NCBI GenBank assembly: GCA_964016885.1
Contig: OZ024741.1
Coordinates: 53,444,001 to 53,508,000 of the forward strand
Direction of reading: 5' to 3'
DNA from: Eledone cirrhosa
Taxonomy: Eukaryota
Length of the DNA: 64,000 nt
The translations under genes and the position numbers were made by a program. The first letter of the stretch is position 1; every line of letters starts with the position of its first letter. The notes under the pieces are model-generated. The model did not search any database. It worked only from the letters and a program-made list of their open reading frames with translations, and was not told the DNA's origin. Positions 56,026-64,000 of this stretch are shown here, one piece after another.

Positions 56026-59000
56026 ATGGCTATGCTAAGAGTAGGCTGTTTAAATGCGCGTGGCCTGGGCTCAACTTGGAAGCAAGCAATGCTTCTAAAT
56101 GACCTCAGGTCACAACGTATAGATGTGATGGTTATTTGCGAGGCCCGGATCAGCAACGTGCGACGGCTGGCCCCCACCTTTGATGACTTTGAGATGCACG
56201 CATCTCTCTGTCAGCCCGGAGGTGGGGGTGGCGTTGTCGTTCTGCTGCAAAAACATCTGGGTCTCGCAACACAGACGGTACATTTGGATCCGGAGGGTCG
56301 ACTAGTGGTTCTGGACTTTGGCAGTGGTGAAGGCGGAGCGTTTAGATTGGTAGCCGCCTACGGCCCTTTTGGGTCAATGCGGCCGGACTTTTTCCATCGA
56401 CTGGAGACTTTTCTAGGGACGCCCCGCTCCTTGCTATTAGTGGGGGACTGGAATGGTATCCTAGATGCACGCTGGAACTACGTAGGGGCCTGTCCCGATA
56501 GAGAGGGGTGTAATAGCCTCAAAGGGTTAATCGTTCGATTTTATCTGGCCGATAGATATCGACTAGATTTTCCGACTGCGCCAACCTGGACTTGGGAAAA
56601 TCGTAGCGGATCATCTAGGTCGTACCTAGATAGGTTCTTAGTTAGAATTAAGGATAAGGACTTTTTAAGTTGTCCAAAAATGCGCATGGTTGGCTATTCT
56701 GACCACAAGTTAGTGACCTGCATGGTCAACCTTGACAGAACTCATAGACAGGGACCCGGTTACTGGAAGCTCAACTTACCGGCAAGTAAGGCTTACAGGG
56801 ACCGGATTAGCACTTTAGTTAAGGAGCGGTTGACGGGTGCCATCGTCAACAGCAGGTGGTGGGGATCTCTCAAAACAGAGATTAGAGTAGTCTCTATAGA
56901 ATTTAGTAAGGAGTTAGCCTCAAATAGAAATAGGAAGGAAAGGGAGTTGGTAGATAGTGTAGAAGAGGCAATTAGAAGCGGCGTCGTGGCCAGAGTGCTA
57001 GCGTCGAGAACGGCCCTGGGCCAGTTCTTCGACGCGAAACACGAAGGCTGCATCGTCCGAAGCAAAATACGTGCTCTGGGAAACGAGGAGACCAAAGCTG
57101 TTAGCTGGGCCCGCGTGACAGAAGCCAAAAGAGGGAGCAGATCCACTATCCAGTCTTTGCGAGACCAGGATGGACGGAAGATCCTAGAACCCAAGCAGAT
57201 GTGCGAGGCTTTTCAAAAGCACTTTGCCGGATTGTTCGGAAGGGGCGGGGAGCCGGTTGGGGATGTGGACTTCGGCCAATACCTCGACGGCCTGCCGCGT
57301 CTCTCGGACAGGGAGGCGAAGTCCTGCGAGGAGCCGAATTCAGCCACTGAGATAGAGGACGTGCTGAGCCAATGCGGCAAATACAAATCCCCGGGTCTCG
57401 ATGGTCTTCCATACGAACTATATCTAGCTATGCCGGACTTGTTCCCCGATCTCCTCGAGGCGGTCTACTGCAACTGGCAACAGAACGGGAAAATTCCCTG
57501 TGCTGTGACCAAGGGCGTAGTCACGCTAGTGAGGAAGGACGAGAACAAGGGGGACGATATAAATAATTTCAGGCCCATAACTGTGCTAAATACAGAGTTA
57601 CAGATTTTGGCCAAGGTGCTAGCAAAGAGGTTGGCGCTTGTCGTGGGCAACCTGGTGGGAGATGCGCAGACATGTGCTATGCAGTCCAGGTCCATCCACG
57701 ACAACCTGCACCTCATGCGATACATCATAGAGAGGGTTGGGAACGAACCCGGCTTTGGTGGGGCCCTGATCAACTTGGATCAATCTAAGGCATTCGATAG
57801 GGTCGACCATGGTTACTTGGATGCGGTGCTAGCGGCGGAAGGCTTCGGACCCGTTTTCAGGGGCTGGATCAATGCCATACACAGCAGCCGCATCTGCTCT
57901 AGGGTCAAGGTGAACGGCTACCTCTCGGAGCCGTTCGAAATCACGCGGTCCATCCGACAGGGGCGCCCTCTCTCCTCCCTTCTGTATGTAATGACTCTAG
58001 ACCCACTGCTGCGGAAGTTGTAGTTGTTGCAGGGCATCCCGTTGGAACCGGGATTGCGGAAAGCGGTGTCGACCTACGCCGACGACGTAATAGTAATGGT
58101 GTCTACGGCCTCGGAAATCGGGGCGATCGGCACCTTACTGGAGGAGTACGAAAGGTTTACAGGGCTAATCTGAACCGGGACAAGTCGATCGGTCTGCAAC
58201 TCGGCACGTGGAGGGGAAGATCGATGCCCTCCGATAGCGTCGTCGGGCGCTAGACGGAGGGCCCGGTGAAGTTGCTCGGGGTCTGGTTCGGACCAGACCT
58301 CCAGGTGGAGAAGAACTGAGGTGAGGTAATGAACAGGGTGTTTGCACTGACCCAGAAGTGGGCCGAGTGCAAACTGTCCCTGAAAGGTCGGGCGGAGGTG
58401 GCGAAACTTATATAGCGTCCGTCATCTACTACTGCCTGACCGTTGTGCCTTGCCCAAGGGAAACGCTCGCCAAAATGGAGCGCGCACTCTTCCAATTCCT
58501 TTGGAAGAAGCGGGCTCTTATGGCGAGGTGATCCATCTGCTGTCAACACCCTTCGAAAGGAGGGCTGGAGATGCCGTGGCTAATGATACGTAAACACGCA
58601 TTAAGGCTATGGCACCTCCAGGTATTCCTCTCCGGTTAACCGGTGTGGGCCCCGTTTGTGAGGCGAGCCTTTCCCAGACTCGTCTCACTCACCGAGCTGC
58701 AATCCTGGGTCAAGCAATGACCGAGAAAACTGGGCGCCTGGCACACAGAGTGTGCCCAGGCGCTCACGGCTCTCTGGCAGGCGGACCCGACTGTCAGTGG
58801 AGAATCCACCTCGTCATTCTATAGAGGGCTGGTGGTTAGCAGGTGCGACGACGCCCTCGAAGAAGCCCTAGGCATGGAGGAAGACGAACTGGCCAACCTG
58901 TTCGGTAGGACATTCAGCCCGGGACCCATGGATAACTTCCAGAGGTCCCTGGCCTGGCAGTGCTACAGAAGGGCTCTGCCCGTTCGAGAAAGGCTCTACA

Positions 59001-59455
59001 GACACGGGCGCCCGGGTAGGGACCCCTCGAAAAAGATCTGTCCCAGATGCGTGTGCGACGAGGAATCCATTGCACACGCATTGGTACACTGCTCGGGCAT
59101 TTCTGATCCGTGGGGCTATGTCGAACAACTGCTGTCAAGGGTGGGACCGATCCGGTTGACCACCGAGTCTATTGTAACGATCAAGCCGCCTCCCCTCTTC
59201 AAAAACGAAGGAGAGGCAGTGTTTCTGTGCGTAATAGCCATGGCGAAAGAGGTTGTATGGTGGACGCGTCTGAAAGGACTGAGGTCAGACACCTTTCTCT
59301 CTGGCCAACAACTGGTCCGTTTCTTCCGATATCATTTCGGAAGAAGGATCAGGATGGAGAGAGAGGTGCTGCACCCCAGCCGTTTTTATGAAAGATGGGT
59401 GAAAGTGGCGAGAATGGCCCGTGTGAATGGGCCTTCACTCTACATCAGACTATAG
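56026..59455 (+). pseudogene. E2 ORF2: APE endonuclease + reverse transcriptase + C-terminal CCHC
   Basis: CLNARGL, ICEAR, VGDWN, SYLDRF, SDHK; SPGLDG, FRPITVLN, LDQSKAFDRVDH, IRQGRPLS; YADD at 58075-58086; CPRCVCDEESIAHALVHC. Premature stop at 58021 and later lesions. Confidence 0.96.
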
Positions 59456-59715
59456 GTGAGGAAGATGAAAGACCAAGGGAGCACCCCTTCTCTGTGCTCC
59501 TGAGGAAAAGGGTTGCACTCTTTTTTCGGGGGTGTGTGCGACCCCCCAAGGCGCCTCCTCTCTATTGAGGATTTTGTTATATATTTTATTGTTATATTTT
59601 ATTTTATTTTTATATCTTGTTATTGCCTCCTCTTTATTGAGGACGCCTTGTTTTGTAAACTCCCCCGATTGTACTTGTCCCACTTTTGATGCCCTGATGG
59701 CAAATAAAAGAAACA

Positions 59716-59732
59716 TATCTATCTATCTATCC

Positions 59733-59802
<70 letters not shown>
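59716..59802. repeat. (ATCT)n spacer between E2 and G
   Basis: Directly visible. Confidence 0.95.
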
Positions 59803-60290
59803 AACGAGGGAGAGGCGGTTTTCCTATGTGTTATGGCTATGGTGAAAGAGCTTATATGGTGGACGAGGTTAAAAGGGCTGAGGTCAGACACCTTTCTCTC
59901 CGGCGAGCAACTGCTTCGTTTTTTCAAATATCATTTTGGAAGAAGAATCAGGATGGAGAGAGAGGTGCTGTACCGCAGCAAATTTTATAAAAGTTGGGTG
60001 AATGTGGCAAAGATGGCCCGAGTGGTTGGGCCTTCTCTCTATATAAGCCTGTAGGTTGAGGAAAAAGAGGAAGAGAGGAAGGGAGTACTCACTCTTGGTG
60101 CTCCTGGAGTTAAGGGTTGTACATTTTTTCAGGGTGTGTGCAACCCCTGTGTAACACCTCCCCCCTATTGGGGATTTCAATTGTTATTTGTTATTTTATT
60201 AATATTTTTATTTTCATATACCTGTATGTAAACTCACCATTTGTATTTGTCCCCTTCTTTTGTGCCCTTGTGGCTAATAAAGACATTTTC
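59803..60290 (+). mobile_element. Tx1/L1-clade element, copy G (5'-truncated, ~0.49 kb; 3'UTR differs from E2)
   Basis: MAMVKELIWWTRLKGLRSDTFLSG...GPSLYISL*, then AATAAA at 60276 and TCTATCTATCCATC. Confidence 0.93.
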
Positions 60291-60304
60291 TATCTATCCA
60301 TCAA

Positions 60305-60450
60305 TAGTGGACTCGTAGTTAAAATATTAATTAGTCTTATGATTGTAATGTAGTGGATTGTATTTTTGAACTGATTAGAGCGTTGTGGTCTTGAGCAAAA
60401 CACTTTATATAATGTTGCTGCATTCCACTTAGCTGAAAATGCGTACCAGT
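60305..60450 (+). mobile_element. Old SINE of a different family (CORE/Meta-like body)
   Basis: CTTGAGCAAAACACTTTA...CCACTTAGCTGAAAATGCGTACC resembles conserved SINE central domains; the head is decayed. Confidence 0.4.
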
Positions 60451-61715
60451 GGTAGGACGGACTTTTGAAAGCTTTGTGCTACTTAAATACCTTATTTTTG
60501 TCAGAGTGGCATCTCTTTAAGCTTGTCTTAAATAATTAAATATTTCGTTGGCAGATTCATTGACTTTCACACAAACATTGATCACAAACCGTTGTTCGAT
60601 ATTTTCTGGTATCGCAAAAATACCAGAGGTTATAAACACGTCTGTACATAAACAATCGATCATGCTGAAGCAAGGATGTACGTGCAACCAAGGTTATAAC
60701 TAACGTACCTATATACATTAACGAGGTGCTTCCTCACCATGTCATACATAGGGTAATCAGCACCCTTTCTTCTGGGACAGACCTCGTGTGTGTGCATGTC
60801 TTTGTATAACTCAACTATTTAAAATGAGTGATTAAACACACACTAAGCCCCCCCCCCCCCACACACACACACACATGCACACAAACACACACACACACAC
60901 ATATATATATATATGTGTATGTATGTATATAGTTACCCATAATAACTAGGCGACTTATACGCACACACACTAAGACACACATAATGATGATACTGATGAT
61001 GAAGGTGATGACGATGATGGTGTTTTGTTGATGACGACCAGGATCGTGTTTTCATTGATGATCATGAGGATGATGATGATGACAACGATAATAATGATTA
61101 TCACGATGAGGATGATGATGATGATGCCGTTGAGGATCATAGGGGTACTGATGCTGATGATAGTGATATTTTGATGATGACGATTATGATGATGGTGATG
61201 AAAGTGAAAACGATAATGATGATGATGATGATGAATATTATGTTCTTGATCATTTCATTCATAAGCTTCATTCAATGCCTTAAGCTGGTTTCCATTGCCA
61301 TCCTCATTCTCATCAACACACTGCTACAATAATAATCATCTTCCTCGTTATCATCATCATTATCATCATCATTATCATCATAGATGCTTCCACTTGCTGT
61401 GGCAACAACAACAACAACAACATAAACAACAGTAGCAGCAGCAACAACGTTGATTTATTAATTCTCCAAACTAACTCGAGCAACACATAAGCGTGACGCA
61501 CCCCTCCCTGTTTTGTGGAGGAAAATAGGATTGCTTTAGATATGAATAATCACGTGAAGCTACTTCACACGTTGTTCTTAGTTATTCTTGAAACATGTCA
61601 CATAGCATCTACCAACTTATTTATCTCTCCCTCTAATAATTCCATTAAGCACTGCCACAAAAATTCTTTTTTTTTTTAACAAAAGAATCCCCGGTGTTCG
61701 TGTTTATATTAAGGG

Positions 61716-61892
61716 TTTCTAAATTAGGCACAAGGGGTGCAATTTTCGAGCGAGAGGAATATCTGCTGATTCGACCTCAGTATTTGAAGAAAAGATGACC
61801 TCAATGAGATGTGATCTCAGAACCTAAATAACCGTATCGAAATGCTGCATTGTATTTTATTAGACGCTCTAAAGGTTCTGCCAATAAACTGC
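61716..61892 (-). mobile_element. Degenerate tRNA-SINE
   Basis: GTTTCTAAATTAGGCACAAGG...GATGTGATCTCAGAAC...CTGCCAAT. Confidence 0.65.
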
Positions 61893-62249
61893 CCAAGAAT
61901 TGATTATAATATTTCTTCCCAGCATTGGCATAAGGTCAATAATTTCAAATCGACCCCAAGTGATAGAATATAAAGGTGTAGCTTAATTTGGTAAAGATAT
62001 TCAAAAATTGGAAGAGCACTCAATCAATGGGATATGTTGTGGCATACAGATATTACATTAGGATGCTGTCATAAACATTGTCAATAATGGCTGATGAATT
62101 TAGGCCTACTTCAGACACAACTGTTTCATTCAAAAAGTACCTTACAAATTGTGATTATTCCCAATTGAACTTGGGACTCCTAATAGGATATATATTTATC
62201 CTTATCCAGCCCTCTTTGGATTTTAGTCTTCACATTTATTATTATTATT

Positions 62250-62425
62250 ATGGCAGTATCAGTAGAGGGTTGGACGCCAAGCTTTCTAGCATAGTTACGT
62301 CCCTTTACAGTCTGAGTTCAAATCCCGCCAAGGTTAACTTTGCCTTTCATACTTATGGGGGTCGATAAAATAAAGTACCAGTAATGTACTGAGTAATTGC
62401 TGGCCTTGTGCCTAAAGTAGAAACA

Positions 62426-62489
<64 letters not shown>

Positions 62490-62830
62490 GTTTCTCCGTT
62501 TGGCAGAAGGCCATCAATTATCCCAGTTCATTACTGGTACTTTATTTTATCGACCCCCATAAGGATGAAAGGCAAAGTTAACCTCGGCGGGATTTGAACT
62601 CAGACCATAAAGGGGCGTAACGTTATGCTGCAAAGCATAGTGTCAGACCTCCTACCGATACAGCCAAACCGAATTGGCACTGATAGGAACATCCGGTAGA
62701 ATGCTTTGTGGTATTGTTTCCAGCTCTCTACCCTCTCAGTTTAAATACCACTTAGGTCAACTTTCATTTCATCCTTTCGAGGTCGATAGTAAAAGGAATA
62801 GTTTAGTACTGGGAGTCGCTTTTACCTCTA
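62250..62830. mobile_element. Three tRNA-SINEs: + 62250-62430, - 62488-62672 (tail-to-tail around (ATT)n/(TA)n), older + 62673-62830
   Basis: A/B boxes and body motifs in the stated orientations. Confidence 0.88.
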
Positions 62831-63661
62831 TATTACCTTCTAAATTTCTTTCTATCGCCTTCTCTATTTCTCTAGGAGAAATCGGCTGTGTTCAGAACTG
62901 GAGATGATGGGCTTCACCAGGTTTAAGAGATTCTTCTTCTTCTTCTTCTTCTTCTTCTTCTTCTTCTTCTTCTCTTTTTTCTTCCTGAAATTTGCCACCT
63001 CCTTCTTCTTCTTCTCATCCTCCTCCTCCTCATCCTCATCCTCATCCTCCTCCTATGCCAACACCCTCTTTCTCCCTCTTTTCAGCATAATAATCATTTA
63101 TGTGTGTTACTACCGTTTGTTGCTCCATTTGTTGTCTTTCGGGGGAATGGTATCCGAGATTCGTTTCCGGCATCAGAATATGTTCGACGTATGACGCTAA
63201 TGAACTGTAATGTGCTAACAATCCCAAGGGGCAGAAAAGAAAAACGGTTGTTTTGCTACTGGTAGTAGTAGTAGGAGGAGGAGGAGGAGGAGGAGTTGGA
63301 GGAGGAGGGGGGAGTAATAATACTTGTAGTATCGCTATGTGGTGCTGATATGTTTGGTGGTAGTAGTTACGTTTATTGTTGCTCGTGTTTGTCATGGTAT
63401 TGGTGGTGGTTGTGATAGAGACAACTACCTGCTATTGACAGTTGCCTGTTAGCATTGATATTCACTTTAGCGAGATTGTTATTACGTACATCACTTTCTT
63501 CCATAGATTTTCTGGTACTGTCTTTGATTGTATGTACACACCATACACACGCACACACATATAGCGGCTGCTGGCCATTATCTCTATCTATGAGGGTACT
63601 TTACCCAATTTTCTAAACAGTTTTCATAGCAATCTCCTGTGTTCGAAATGTTCTACATTTC

Positions 63662-63713
<52 letters not shown>

Positions 63714-63823
63714 GTTATACATACATATATAAATATAAATAAGATAAGGGTAATATTGTATATTACTCGCTTACTAGTAAGATAAGTAGCTCAATGTAAA
63801 ATATCAGTAATACTACATATGTT

Positions 63824-63875
<52 letters not shown>

Positions 63876-63876
63876 T

Positions 63877-63919
<43 letters not shown>

Positions 63920-63920
63920 T

Positions 63921-63953
<33 letters not shown>

Positions 63954-64000
63954 CTAAAGGTTTTCCGAAAAGTAGATCAAGGATGAATAGCGTTCGTTTT

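Larger units (their letters stand above)
54001..59715 (+). mobile_element. Tx1/L1-clade element, copy E2, full length (~5.7 kb), inactivated by a few stops and frameshifts
   Basis: 5'UTR, ORF1, ORF2 (EN-RT-CCHC), 3'UTR with AATAAA at 59703, (ATCT)n on both sides. Confidence 0.97.

Overview
Eukaryotic, AT-rich DNA saturated with microsatellites. I can support no intact host protein-coding gene, and nearly all long ORFs in the track are artefacts of (TA)n, (GATA)n, (CA)n or triplet repeats. The repeat repertoire looks like an octopus or other coleoid cephalopod genome, but this is an inference I cannot verify. The window is dominated by decayed L1/Tx1-clade non-LTR retrotransposons: at least 8 copies or fragments, two roughly full length, labelled A, B, D, E1, E2, F, G plus one unlabelled 3'UTR fragment. 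It also holds about 15 copies of a tRNA-headed SINE, RTE-derived non-autonomous elements, a solo LTR, a mariner relic, Penelope-like fragments, several palindromic MITE-like hairpins and a 6.2-kb 42-bp minisatellite. Most notable: (1) three divergent Tx1-like elements each keep an unspliced 60-70 nt GT-AG intron-like cassette in the 5'UTR, and three carry a GGTAAGT donor at the ORF1 stop; (2) the elements sit in specific microsatellites, (ATCT)n for one lineage and (ATT)n for a sister lineage, and build a head-to-tail array; (3) their 3'UTRs share a covarying stem-loop; (4) one SINE insertion carries a snap-back inverted copy of its own flank inside the target-site duplication (TSD). Coordinates were read by eye and may be off by a few bases.
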